A program made the translations under genes and the position numbers. The notes under the pieces are model-generated. The model ran no database searches and had not been told where the DNA came from. It saw nothing but the letters and a program-made list of their open reading frames with translations. A stretch of DNA of 64,000 nucleotides, taken from assembly GCA_003605035.1 (NCBI GenBank), contig QZKJ01000007.1:41560-105559 (forward strand), in the 5' to 3' direction. Source of the DNA: Desulfurivibrio sp. (GTDB taxonomy: Bacteria; Desulfobacterota; Desulfobulbia; Desulfobulbales; SURF-16). Shown here piece after piece: positions 47,786-58,354 of the stretch (position 1 is the first letter of the stretch; every line of letters starts with the position of its first letter).

Positions 47786-50482
47786 ATGAAATCGGGAAGT
47801 CGTTTAGAAAGGATTCTGACCTCCGGGGGCTTTGCCGTGACCGGAGAACTGGGACCGCCTAAAAGCGGGGATCCCGAGGTCGTCAGGAAGAAGGCCGCCA
47901 TACTGCGCGGCCATGTGGACGCGGTCAACATCACGGACTGCCAGACTGCCATTGTCCGCATGTCAAGCATCGCCGCCGGACTCATCGCCCAGCAGGAGGG
48001 CGTGGAGCCGGTCATCCAGATGACCTGCCGTGACCGCAACCGCATCGGCATGCAGAGTGATATCTTAGGCGCCGCGGCCCTTGGTCTGAAAAATCTTCTC
48101 TGTCTGACCGGCGATCACCAGAAATTCGGCAACCACCCCGGCTCCAAGGGGGTATTTGATATGGATTCCATTCAGCTGCTCGGCATGGTCCGCGGCATGC
48201 GGGATGAGAAGAAGTTTCAATGCGGCGAGGCGATCAAATCCGCCGAGCCGCGGCTCTTTCTCGGCTGCGCCGCCAATCCCTTTGCCAATCCCTTTGAGTT
48301 CCGCGCCCCGCGGCTGGCCAAAAAGGTGGCGAGCGGCGCCGACTTCGTGCAAACCCAGATTATCTATAATGTTGAAAAATTCGCCAGGTTCATGGAAATG
48401 GCCCGCGACCTGGGGTTGCCCGAGAAGGTTTATATCCTCGCCGGCGTTACCCCGCCCAAATCGCTGGGCATGGCCCGCTACATGAAAAGTTCGGTGCCCG
48501 GCATGGATGTGACCGACGAGGTGATCAACCGCATGAAGGATGCCGCTGACAAGCAGGAAGAGGGCATCAATATCTGCGTGGATATCATCAATCGGGTCCG
48601 GGAAATCAAAGGGGTTTCCGGCGTGCATATCATGGCCATCGAGTGGGAGGAGGCGGTACCTGAGATCGTCAAGCGCGCCAAGCTCGAACCGCGGCCGGTA
48701 TTTGCCGAGGATGAGCGGCAGCCGGTGCAGGCAAAAGAGGTCATTGAAGTTGTTGCGCCTGCGGTGCAGCCGGCCGCGGCGCCCCCTGCGCTTGACACGG
48801 ACAAGCTGCTGGCTGAGGCCAGAGCAGAGGCGGAAAAAATCATTGCCGGCGCCCGTGCTGAAGTTGAAAAAATGCGAGCCGCAGCTGTTCTGCAAACAAC
48901 AGCCGGCTCAGCCCCAGAATATGAAGATGCAGGAGAGCATGAGATGAATGAAAAAGAACGTCAGATGGCGTTGCAGTCTGTGCAGATGGGTCTGAACGCC
49001 CTGAAAAAGGCCTTTAACCTGAGCGATGAGCAGTTTGAGGCCCTGGCTAGCTTTGCCAGCGCCGAGGCAGTGCTGAAACGCCAGCCGCCTGAAACCGCAA
49101 GCGCTGGATCTGTGATTGCACCAGTTGCCGCCGAGATGGTCAAACCCGCCCCGGATAAGGCGGCAGAAGAGGCCAACAAGGCCGCTGAAGCCAGGGACGC
49201 GGCAGAGGCAAAAAAGGCCGCAGAGGCAAAAGCTGCCGAAGAGGCCAGGAAAGCTGCTGAGGGAAAAGCTGCGGACGAGGCCAGGAAGGCCGCTGCGGCC
49301 AAGGCTGCTGAAGAAGCCAGGAAGGCTGCCGAAGCCAAAGCCGCTGAAGAGGCCCAAAAGGTAGCTGAAGCCAAAAAAACCGCTGATGCCAAAGCTGCGG
49401 AAGAGGCCAAGGCAGCAGAAGAGACCAAAAAGGCTGCTGAGGCAAAGGTAGCAGTCGCGCCTAAGGCCGTTGCCCCTGCCGGCGATCTGGCGGTAGCCGC
49501 GCTGGCCGTTGAAAAAACGCCTTTTGCCGAGCGCGCCAAAAAGATCCCGGCCGCTTCCTATCAGGTCAAATATACGGGACAGATTAAAGAGACGCTGCTC
49601 GGCAGCGGCGATAAGGCAATCAAAGTCGGTGGTGAATCCTCCATGCCCTTCCATCTTTTTGAAGGGGCCATGCCCAATAAGCCGCTGATCGCCATGGACG
49701 TGCTGGATGTGCAGCCCGAGGAGTGGCCGGACTCGCTGGCCCGCCATTTCAGCGGGGTGCTGGATAATCCGCTGGCCTGGGCCAGAAAATGCGTTGATGA
49801 CTACCAGGCGGAAGCACTCTGCCTCTCCCTGGTCAGCACCGATCCCAACGGCATGAACAGGAGCGCCGCGGAGGCGGCCAAGGTCGCCGCCGAGGTGATC
49901 AATAATATCAATGTGCCGATTATTATCTGGGGCTGCGGCAACGCCGACAAGGATACCGAGACGCTGCGGGAAATCACTTCGCTCACCGGCGACAAAAAGG
50001 TGTGCCTGGCGCCCCTTTCCGACAGCAATTACCGCTCCCTGGGCGCCACCGCCATGGCCTTCCAGTATCCCATGGTCGCTGCTTCGCCCATTGATGTCAA
50101 TCTCGCCAAACAGCTCAATATCCTGCTCGAGAACCTGGGGGTTTCCCTGAACTCCGTCATGATGGATCCGTCAGTCGGCGCTCTCGGCTACGGCATCGAG
50201 TATACCTATTCCGTCATGGAGCGCATCAGGCTGGCCGCGCTTACCCAGCAGGATGAAAAACTGCAGGTGCCGATCATCTGCAATCTGGGCCGGGAGGTCT
50301 GGAAGGCCAAGGAGTGTCGGCTTCCCTCTGATGCCGTGCTGGGAGATCAGGAGAGAAGAGGGGTGATGATGGAGGCGATCACTGCCACCTGCATGCTGCT
50401 GTCAGGCGGTGAGGTGCTGATCATGCGGCATCCCAAGGCCATCAATCTCACCAAGTCTCTGATCAACAGCCTGATAAGCTAA
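47786..50482 (+). CDS. Fusion protein: acetogen-type methylene-THF reductase (MetF) domain, a ~280-aa linker with Ala/Lys/Glu repeats, and a corrinoid Fe-S protein small subunit (AcsD/CdhD) domain
   Basis: One uninterrupted 898-codon ORF. Residues 1 to ~300 are MetF-like (VTGELGPPK, NITDCQTAIVRMSS, QMTCRDRNR, LCLTGDH). Residues ~590-898 are AcsD-like (VGGESSMPFHLFEG, IIWGCGNADKD, DPSVGALGYGIEYTYS). Confidence 0.9.
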   Translation: MKSGSRLERILTSGGFAVTGELGPPKSGDPEVVRKKAAILRGHVDAVNITDCQTAIVRMSSIAAGLIAQQEGVEPVIQMTCRDRNRIGMQSDILGAAALGLKNLLCLTGDHQKFGNHPGSKGVFDMDSIQLLGMVRGMRDEKKFQCGEAIKSAEPRLFLGCAANPFANPFEFRAPRLAKKVASGADFVQTQIIYNVEKFARFMEMARDLGLPEKVYILAGVTPPKSLGMARYMKSSVPGMDVTDEVINRMKDAADKQEEGINICVDIINRVREIKGVSGVHIMAIEWEEAVPEIVKRAKLEPRPVFAEDERQPVQAKEVIEVVAPAVQPAAAPPALDTDKLLAEARAEAEKIIAGARAEVEKMRAAAVLQTTAGSAPEYEDAGEHEMNEKERQMALQSVQMGLNALKKAFNLSDEQFEALASFASAEAVLKRQPPETASAGSVIAPVAAEMVKPAPDKAAEEANKAAEARDAAEAKKAAEAKAAEEARKAAEGKAADEARKAAAAKAAEEARKAAEAKAAEEAQKVAEAKKTADAKAAEEAKAAEETKKAAEAKVAVAPKAVAPAGDLAVAALAVEKTPFAERAKKIPAASYQVKYTGQIKETLLGSGDKAIKVGGESSMPFHLFEGAMPNKPLIAMDVLDVQPEEWPDSLARHFSGVLDNPLAWARKCVDDYQAEALCLSLVSTDPNGMNRSAAEAAKVAAEVINNINVPIIIWGCGNADKDTETLREITSLTGDKKVCLAPLSDSNYRSLGATAMAFQYPMVAASPIDVNLAKQLNILLENLGVSLNSVMMDPSVGALGYGIEYTYSVMERIRLAALTQQDEKLQVPIICNLGREVWKAKECRLPSDAVLGDQERRGVMMEAITATCMLLSGGEVLIMRHPKAINLTKSLINSLIS
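49154..49450 (+). repeat. Coding low-complexity repeat (KAAEEA/RKAAEAKAAEE)n within the MetF-AcsD linker
   Basis: The translation reads DKAAEEANKAAEARDAAEAKKAAEAKAAEEARKAAEGKAADEARKAAAAKAAEEARKAAEAKAAEEAQKVAEAKK.... Repetition is also visible at the nucleotide level. Confidence 0.8.
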
Positions 50483-50516
50483 GAAAACATACAGATAATC
50501 TGAGAGGAGCGATTCA

Positions 50517-52721
50517 ATGTCAAAAATAATCTGTTCTGCTGCTATCCGAGGCGCCCATAAGATCACTGATATGGCCGAGGAGAAATTTGAGGCAGCTTTA
50601 AAGAAATATGGTGCGGAGCAGGCGGTCTCCTTTCCCAATACCGCCTATTTCCTGCCGGTTATCTACAGCATGCTGGGTGCCAAGGTGGAAAAACTGGGCG
50701 ATATGAAGGATATCTTCCAGGAGTGCCGCAAGCTGCTGCCCCCCATGGTGAGCGAGCATAACTGGCTGCCCTATCTCGCCCCGGCCCTTGATGCCGGCAT
50801 GGCCACCTTTTTCGCCGAGGAGATGTATGAGGCGGTCCGCTATCTGGAGCAGCCCGAATACTATACCAAGACCGAGGATCCGACTGCCGGCAATATCTGG
50901 CTGGGCGCGGCGGATGACGTAATCTTCCGCAAACGCGGGGTGGAGTTTGTCGATGGCACGGCCCCCGGCTTTGCCGCCATCATGGGCTCGCCGGCCGACA
51001 AGGAGGTGGCCAGTAAGATCGCCCTGGAACTGCAGGAAAAAAATCTCTACATCTTCATGCATGACCACTCCAACGGGGTGAGAATGCCCGAGCAGCTGGT
51101 AAATAACAACGTTCAGGTCGGCTGGAACACCCGCCTGGTCCCCTTTGGCGACAGCTATACCACCGCGGTTTTCGCCATCGGCTTTGCCTGCCGCGTGGCC
51201 ATGGCCTTCGGCGGCATCAAGCCGGGCGATTACCGGGGCAACCTGATCTACAACAAGGACCGTACCTTTGCCTTTGTCATGGCCTTCGGCCCGGTCAGCG
51301 ACGAGTGGTACGCCAATGCCGCCGGCGCCATCAACTGGGGTTTCCCGACCATTTCCGACTATGATATTCCCGAGGTGCTGCCCACCGGCATCTGCACCTA
51401 TGAGCATGTGGTGAGCAAGGTGCCCCATGAGGAAATCGTCCAGAAGGCCATTGAGGTGCGGGGTCTCAAGGTCAACGTTGCCAAGATCGATATCCCCATG
51501 TCCTTCGGTCCGGCCTTTGAGGGTGAGAGGATCAGGAAGGATGATCTCTACATGGAATGCGGCGGCGGCAGGACCAGCGGCGTCGAGGTGCTCATCTCCA
51601 AGGACATGCACGATGTCGTGGACGGCGAGGTCATCCTCGAGGGCAAGGACATCTGTGACATCTCCCAGGGCCAGAACCTGCCCATCGCCATCCTGGTCGA
51701 GGTGGCCGGCCGCGAGATGCAGTCGGATTTCGAGCCGATCCTCGAGCGTCAGTTCCACCACCTGATCAACTACATCCAGGGCATCATGCACATCGGCCAG
51801 CGCAACATCATGTGGGTCCGCATCGGCAAGGCCGCGGTGGAGAAGGGTTTCTCCTTCAAACACATCGGCAAGGTGCTGCACGGCAAGCTGCATCAGGAGT
51901 TCGGCGCCATTCTCGACAAGGTGCAGGTGAAAATCTATACCGAACAGGCCAAGGTGGAGGAGGTGCAGGAACTGGCCAAGAAGGTCTATGCCGAGCGCGA
52001 CTTGCGGCTGGGCAACATGACCGATGAAACCGAGGAGGTTTTCTACTCCTGCACCCTCTGCCAGTCCTTTGCCCCCAGCCACGTCTGCGTCATCACCCCG
52101 GAAAGGGTGGGCATGTGCGGCGCCTACAACTGGCTGGACGGCAAGGCCTCCTTCCAGATCAACCCCACCGGGCCGAACCAGCCGATCGCCAAGGGTGAAT
52201 GCAGCGATCCGGTGCTGGGCGATTTCGTCGGCATCAACGAGTTCGTCAACCAGGCCTCCCGCGGCGCGGTGCCGGCGGTGAGCTGCTACTCGCTGATGAC
52301 CAACCCCATGACCGCCTGCGGCTGTTTTGAGGCCATTGCCGCCATGCTGCCCCAGTGCAACGGCATCATGGTGGTAAACCGCGACTACATGGGCATGACC
52401 CCCAGCGGCATGAAGTTCACCTCCCTGGCCGGTATGGCCGGCGGCGGGGCCCAGACCCCGGGTTTCATGGGCGTCAGCAAGCACTATCTGACCAGCCCGA
52501 AACTTTTCATGGCCGAAGGTGGTCTTAAAAGAGTGGTCTGGCTGCCCAAGATGCTCAAGGAAGAGCTGAAGGAAAAACTGATGGCGCGCTGCGAAGCCAT
52601 CGGCATGCCGGAGCTTTTTGACATGATCGCTGACGAGGAAGTGGGAACCACCGAAGAGGCGGTACTGGCCTTTCTCAAGGAGAAAGGTCATCCGGCGCTC
52701 AAAATGGAAACAGTTATGTAG
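50517..52721 (+). CDS. acsB: Acetyl-CoA synthase (CO-methylating; A-cluster subunit)
   Basis: 734 aa. The A-cluster ligands are present (CTLCQSFAPSHVC...GMCG, and the Cys-Gly-Cys in MTACGCFE). Confidence 0.96.
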   Translation: MSKIICSAAIRGAHKITDMAEEKFEAALKKYGAEQAVSFPNTAYFLPVIYSMLGAKVEKLGDMKDIFQECRKLLPPMVSEHNWLPYLAPALDAGMATFFAEEMYEAVRYLEQPEYYTKTEDPTAGNIWLGAADDVIFRKRGVEFVDGTAPGFAAIMGSPADKEVASKIALELQEKNLYIFMHDHSNGVRMPEQLVNNNVQVGWNTRLVPFGDSYTTAVFAIGFACRVAMAFGGIKPGDYRGNLIYNKDRTFAFVMAFGPVSDEWYANAAGAINWGFPTISDYDIPEVLPTGICTYEHVVSKVPHEEIVQKAIEVRGLKVNVAKIDIPMSFGPAFEGERIRKDDLYMECGGGRTSGVEVLISKDMHDVVDGEVILEGKDICDISQGQNLPIAILVEVAGREMQSDFEPILERQFHHLINYIQGIMHIGQRNIMWVRIGKAAVEKGFSFKHIGKVLHGKLHQEFGAILDKVQVKIYTEQAKVEEVQELAKKVYAERDLRLGNMTDETEEVFYSCTLCQSFAPSHVCVITPERVGMCGAYNWLDGKASFQINPTGPNQPIAKGECSDPVLGDFVGINEFVNQASRGAVPAVSCYSLMTNPMTACGCFEAIAAMLPQCNGIMVVNRDYMGMTPSGMKFTSLAGMAGGGAQTPGFMGVSKHYLTSPKLFMAEGGLKRVVWLPKMLKEELKEKLMARCEAIGMPELFDMIADEEVGTTEEAVLAFLKEKGHPALKMETVM

Positions 52722-52771
52722 CCTGGCGAATAGGCTTTTACATTTTTTATATGCGAACGAGGAGATAAACA

Positions 52772-54127
52772 ATGGCTCTTACTGGTATACAAATCCTTAA
52801 AATGCTCCCCAAAAAGAATTGCGGGGAGTGCGGGATTCCCACCTGTCTCGCCTTTGCCATGAAAGTTGCCGCCGGACAGGCTGAAATTGAAAAATGCCCT
52901 TATGTTTCCGAGGAGGCCAAAGCGACCATCGGCGAGGCGTCCGCGCCGCCGATCAGGACCATCAAGCTCGGGGCAGGCGAGTCCGCCTTCACCACCGGCG
53001 GCGAGACCTGCATGTTCCGCCATGAAAAACGCTTTGAGAATCCCACCGGCATCGCCGTACTGGTCGGGACGGACATGGCTGAGGCGGACATCGACGGCCG
53101 GCTCAGCCGCTTCAAGCAACTGCGCTATGAGCGGGTCGGCGTGCTGATGAAGGGCAGACTGGTGGCCGTCAAGGACAGCGATGGCGATCAGGGTAAATTT
53201 GTCGCCCTGGTCAACAAGGTGCTGGCCGGCGCGGATGATGCGGGCCTGATCCTCATGAGCGGCAAGCCGGAAAATCTGGCCGCCGGCGCCAAGGCCTGCG
53301 GAGAACGCAAGCCGCTGCTCTATGGCGCCACCGCTGACAATGCCGTTGCCATGGCCGCCATGGCCAAGGAAACCGGCTGTCCCCTGGGTGTGCGCGGCGC
53401 AAGCCTCGATGACAGTGTGGAGATTGCCGAAAAGCTGCTGGCCGAAGGGCTGAAGGATCTGGTCATTGACACTGGCGCCCGCACCATGAAGGCGGCCCTG
53501 GAAAACAATATCGTGGCCCGCCGCTCCGCCATCAAGTCCAAGTTCAAACCCCTGGGCTTTCCGTCCATTGCCTTTCCCTGTGAAATGACCGACGATCCCA
53601 TGCTGGAGGCGATGATCACCTCGGTGCTCATCGCCAAATACGCGGGCATTGTCGTATTGTCCGATCTGCAGGGCGATATCCTCTTTCCTCTGCTCCTTGA
53701 GCAGCTGAACATCTTCACCGATCCCCAGCGGCCCATGGTGGTGCAGGAAGACATTTACAGCGTCAACGGCCCGGCCGAGAATTCGCCGGTGCTGATCACC
53801 TGCAACTTCTCGCTGACCTATTTCATTGTTTCCGGCGAGATCGAAGGCAGCAAGGTGCCCTCCTGGCTGCTGATCAAGGACACCGAGGGCCTTTCCGTGC
53901 TGACCGCCTGGGCGGCAGGAAAATTCGGCGCTGACATGATCGCCCAGTTCATCAAGAAATCCGGCATCATGGACAAGATAAAACATCGCGAACTGATCAT
54001 CCCCGGCTATCTGGCCAGCATCAAGGGCGAGCTTGAGGAAGAGCTGCCCGAGTGGACCATCACCATCGGTCCCCGGGAGGCCGGCCATCTTCCCGCTTTC
54101 CTCAAGGAGTGGAAGCCGGCTGCCTGA
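52772..54127 (+). CDS. acsC: Corrinoid iron-sulfur protein large subunit
   Basis: 451 aa. The N-terminal 4Fe-4S motif is KKNCGECGIPTCLAFAMKV....C, followed by a TIM-barrel and a corrinoid-binding C-terminus. Confidence 0.95.
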   Translation: MALTGIQILKMLPKKNCGECGIPTCLAFAMKVAAGQAEIEKCPYVSEEAKATIGEASAPPIRTIKLGAGESAFTTGGETCMFRHEKRFENPTGIAVLVGTDMAEADIDGRLSRFKQLRYERVGVLMKGRLVAVKDSDGDQGKFVALVNKVLAGADDAGLILMSGKPENLAAGAKACGERKPLLYGATADNAVAMAAMAKETGCPLGVRGASLDDSVEIAEKLLAEGLKDLVIDTGARTMKAALENNIVARRSAIKSKFKPLGFPSIAFPCEMTDDPMLEAMITSVLIAKYAGIVVLSDLQGDILFPLLLEQLNIFTDPQRPMVVQEDIYSVNGPAENSPVLITCNFSLTYFIVSGEIEGSKVPSWLLIKDTEGLSVLTAWAAGKFGADMIAQFIKKSGIMDKIKHRELIIPGYLASIKGELEEELPEWTITIGPREAGHLPAFLKEWKPAA

Positions 54128-54151
54128 TGCGCCAGGCTGCGGATCTTTGCA

Positions 54152-54174
54152 GGGGGCGGTCGCGAACCGCCCCC
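54152..54174 (+). terminator. GC-rich hairpin between acsC and fdhA (terminator or attenuator candidate)
   Basis: GGGGGCGGT pairs with ACCGCCCCC around a CGCGA loop. Only a weak T-run follows. Confidence 0.45.
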
Positions 54175-54188
54175 GCGGTGTCTTTGGA

Positions 54189-54214
54189 GTAAATTTGCAG
54201 TTATTACGAATCCA
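54189..54214 (+). promoter_or_regulatory. Conserved 26-nt box, copy 1 (upstream of fdhA)
   Basis: GTAAATTTGCAGTTATTACGAATCCA matches the copy at 58355-58380 at 24 of 26 positions. Confidence 0.5.
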
Positions 54215-54235
54215 ACAGTATATTTTTAGCAAATA

Positions 54236-57200
54236 ATGTCGACAATACATCTTGAAATAAACGGCATGGAGCTTGTCGCCGAGCCCGGCCTGACCATTCT
54301 CGAAGTGGCCAGGCGCTCGGAGATCGACATCCCCTCTCTCTGCTCGGTGAACGGCAAAAACAGCCAGGCGCCGTGCGGCCTCTGTGTCGTTGAGATAGAA
54401 GGCATGGGCGAGCCTGTCCGTGCCTGTGCTACCCCGGCCGAAGACGGCATGAAGATCACCACCTCTTCCCCCGCTCTGGTGAAGATCCGCCAGGACAGGC
54501 TGGCCAGGATTTCCGCCAGCCATTTCGGCGACTGCAAGGCCCCCTGCAATCTGACCTGTCCCGGCCAGATCAATGTGCAGGGTTATATCGCCCATATCAG
54601 CAAGGGTGAATATGAAGAGGCCATGCGGCTCATCATGGAGCGCAATCCCTTTCCCTTTTCCGTCGGACGGGTATGCCCCCGTTTCTGTGAAACCCGCTGC
54701 CGCAGAATTCTGGTGGATGACCCGGTTTCCATCAACCATCTGAAACGCTTTGTGGCAGACTGGTGCATGACCAACCATATCGATCTGAAAATTCCCCGGG
54801 AAAAGGCCACCGGCAAACGGGTGGCCGTGATCGGCGGCGGACCCGCAGGGCTCACCGGCGCCTATTATCTGGCCCGCAAGGGGCATGATGTCACCATTTT
54901 TGAGGCCAATCCCAAGCTGGGCGGCATGCTGCGCTACGGCATCCCCACCTATAAGATTGACCGCAACGTGCTCGATTACGAGACCAACATGATCCTGCGC
55001 ATGGGCATTTCGGTGAAGCTGAGCCAGCGCTGGGGGGTGGATTTCACCCTGCAGGATCTGAAGGATCAGGGTTATCATGCCATCCTGCTGGCCACCGGCA
55101 CCGGGCTGGACCGGCCGCTGGAAATTCCCGGCGGCAGACTGCCCAAGGTGCTGACCGCCACCAAGGTCCTGCGCGATGCCGCGGAAGGCAAACGCATCAA
55201 GTACGGACTGCGCGCCGCGGTCATCGGCGGCAACAATATTGCCATGGAGGTGGCCCGTACCCTGCTGCGCCAGGGGGTGGACCAGGTGACGGTGGTCTAT
55301 CCCCGCTCCCAGGAAGAGATGGTGGCCAACCAGCGCGTCATCCGCGAGGCGGAGAGGGAAGGGGTGCAGTTTCTGCTCATGGCCTCGCCGGTGCAGATCT
55401 GCGAGGTCGACAACGGCGGCCTCAGCGTTGAACTGGTGAGGATGAGACTGGGTGAGCCTGATGCCCGCGGCATCAGGCAGCCGGAGGCTATCCCCGGCAC
55501 CACCAATACCATCATTGTCGATACCCTGGTCACCTCCCTTGGCCAGATGGCCTGCGTGGACGGCTTCAAGGGCGGGGACCTGGAGGAGCAGATCGAGATC
55601 GCTCCCAACAATACCATCAATGCCTCACCGCGGGATTTCACCACCTCGGTGCAGGGCGTCTATGCGGCCGGCGATGCGGTGAACGGCCCCCGCACGGTCA
55701 TCCAGGCCGTGGTCGGCGCCCGCCGGGCCGCGGAAAATATCCATGCCTACATGATGGATGCTCCCAAGGAGGCGGGGGAGAACCGCTTTAATTTCACCCG
55801 CGGCAAAACCTTTGACCAGGTCCATCTGAGCAACTTTGACGGCGTCAATATCAAGCTGCGGGAAAAGATGCCCACCAGGCCTCCCCAGACGGCGGTGCAG
55901 GATTTTGACGTGATCAAGCTCGGCTTCAATGAGCAGATGGCCCGCAAGGAGGCGGAACGGTGTCTCTCTTGCGGCTGCAACGCCTTTGAAAATTGTGATC
56001 TCAAAAGGCTCAACATTGATTTCAATGTCAACATCAATAAAACAGGCATGGGTGAGAAACCGCTCTATAAAAAGGACGATTCCCATCCGGTGCTCAAGGT
56101 GGACCTCAACAAGTGCATCTTCTGCCAGCGCTGCATGCATGCCTGCGAGTATGGCGCGGTCACGGTCACGGCCGGCCATATTGATGCCAATAATGTCGCC
56201 TCACGCCTGCAGCTCGCCTTTAATGACAAATGCGTCAACTGCGGCAAGTGCGCGGAAAACTGCTCCACCGGGGCCCTGACCAAAAAGGTTGCCCTGGTGC
56301 CGGTGATCAGCGAGGCGGTGCGTGATGTGCGCACCACCTGTCCTTACTGCGGGGCCGGCTGTCAGCTTACCCTGCGGGTCAAGGGCAATACCATCATGGA
56401 GGTGACGGCCGATCCTGATCTGGCCCCGAATTACGGCGCCCTGTGTGTCAAGGGCCGTTTCGCCTATGACTTCGTCCGGGACAAGGAACGTCTGACCAGG
56501 CCGCTGGTCAGACGGCACGGCCACCTGGTGGAGACCAGCTGGGATGATGCCCTGGAGATCGTCGCCCGTAATTTCTTTGATCTGAAGGCCATGTACGGGC
56601 CTGATTCCATTGCTGGATTTTCCTGCGCCAGGGCGACCAACGAAGAAAATTATCTGATGCAGAAATTCATGCGGACGGTGATCGGCACCAACAACATCGA
56701 ACATTGTGCAAGGCTTTGACACGCTCCCACGGTGGCCAGTCTGGCCCTCACGTTTGGCAGCGGCGCAATGACCAACTCCATTGCCGATGCCTCCAGGACC
56801 GATCTGTTTCTCATGATCGGCAGCAACCCTGACACCAGTCATCCCACCATCGGCCTGCGCATTCACCAGGCGGTGGACCGGGGCGCGAAACTGATCGTCG
56901 TCGATCCCCGCCGGACACAGCTGGCCGAGCGGGCCGATCTCTGGCTGCGCATCAAGCCGGGCACCGATGTGGCCCTGCTCAACTCCATGATGCAGGTGAT
57001 CATCGAGGAAGATCTGCTGGATAAGCGCTTCGTGGCGGAGCGCACCGAGGATTTCGATGAACTGGAGCGGCTGGTGAAAAAATACCGGCCCTTCATGGTG
57101 GAAAAAATCACCGGCATCCCGGCCGAGCAGATCCGCCAGGCGGCCCGCATGTATGCGGCCCAGGGCCGGCACGCCATTTACCATGGCATGGGCATCACCC

Positions 57201-58351
57201 ATTACGTCACCGGCACCGACCGGGTGAAGAGCATTGCCAACCTCGCCATGCTGTGCGGCAAGGTCGGGGTGGAAGGCGGCGGCTGCAACCCGCTGCGCGG
57301 CCAGAACAATGTGCAGGGCGCCTGCGACATGGGGGCCCTGTTCAATACCCTGCCCGGCTATGCCAGCCTGAGCAACGAAGACCTGTTCGACCGCTATGAA
57401 CGGATGTGGAAGGTCAAGCTGCCCAGGCGTCCCGGCAAACCGGCCACCGAGGTGTGGGACAACATCCTGAAGGGGGAAATTCATTCCCTGTACATCTTCG
57501 GCGAGGACCCGGCAGTGGCGGACGCCAACATCTCCCACGTGCAGGCTGCCCTGGAAAAATGTGATTTCGTGGTGGTGCAGGACATCTTCATGACCAAAAC
57601 CGCCCAGATGGCTGATGTGGTGCTGCCCGCCGCCTGTTTTGCTGAAAAGGACGGCACCTTCACCAGCACCGAGCGCCGGGTGCAGCGGGTGCGCAAGGCA
57701 GTCGACCCGCCCGGGGAAGCCCGGCCGGACTGGAAGATCTTCGGCGATCTCTCCAGGAAAATGGGCTACGAGATGAACTACCGCTCGCCCAGGGAGGTTT
57801 TCGAAGAGGTTTGCACCATTCTGCCCCAGTATGCCGGCTTGAGCTATGAACGGCTGGAGAAAGTGGGCCTGCAGTGGCCGGTGCCCACGGCGGATCATCC
57901 CGGCACCCCGGTCCTGCACACCAGGGAGTTCACCCGCGGCAGGGGCCTTTTTATTCCGGAGGATTATATCCCGCCGGTTGAGGTGGCCGATCAGGAGTAT
58001 CCCCTGCAGTTCACCACCGGACGTGATCTGTCCCGCTACAACTTCAGCAGCATGACCGGCAAGACCCGGGAGATCAATGCCATCAGTCCCGAGTGCTTTG
58101 CCGAGTTCCACCCCGAGGACGCGAAACTTTTCGGCATTGAGGACAAAGATTCGGTACGCTTGACCTCGCGCCGCGGCTCAGTGGTGCTGCGGGCCAAGGT
58201 GACGGACCGCACCCAGCAGGGTACGGTATTTGCCACCTACAACCATGTTGAGGCGCTGGTCAATCTGCTGACCCTGGACGCCCTTGACCGCCTGTCCCGG
58301 ACGCCGGAGTACAAGCTGTGCGCCATCAAGGTGGAAGTGGTTGATGCATAA
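54236..58351 (+). CDS. fdhA: Selenocysteine-containing formate dehydrogenase catalytic subunit fused to N-terminal 2Fe-2S ferredoxin and GltD-like NAD(P)H/FAD modules (UGA-Sec at 56717-56719)
   Basis: Track ORFs 54236..56719 and 56732..58351 are in the same frame and separated only by a TGA. The junction reads [30 protein letters not shown], the FDH active-site motif. The MopB 4Fe-4S motif is CPYCGAGC. The GltD-like part carries VIGGGPAGLTGAYYL. Confidence 0.9.
56734..56746 (+). other. SECIS-like hairpin downstream of the fdhA UGA
   Basis: GGCCA-GUC-UGGCC begins 15 nt after the UGA. This is positionally equivalent to the apical stem-loop of the E. coli fdhF SECIS. Confidence 0.6.
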
Positions 58352-58354
58352 AGG

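Noticed and set aside
48908-49747. Minus-strand ORFs (279 aa and 192 aa) with poly-Ala/Ser/Phe/Leu repeats.
   Set aside because: They are the antisense reading of the (KAAEEA)n linker repeat inside the MetF-AcsD ORF. The sense strand is continuous with two real enzyme domains.
54205-54214. A tRNA fragment suggested by ACGAATCC in the conserved box (it resembles the T-arm GTTCGAATC).
   Set aside because: There is no acceptor, D-arm or anticodon-arm complementarity around either copy. The similarity is limited to about 8 nt.
56717-56719. I considered reading the TGA codons at 56717, 58647 and 61820 as genuine stops, pseudogene lesions or frameshifts.
   Set aside because: In all three cases the frame is unchanged across the TGA, and the codon falls exactly on a conserved Cys/Sec position of a family known to include selenoproteins. 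A hairpin also follows within ~25 nt. Three independent inactivating mutations, each at such a position, would be very unlikely.
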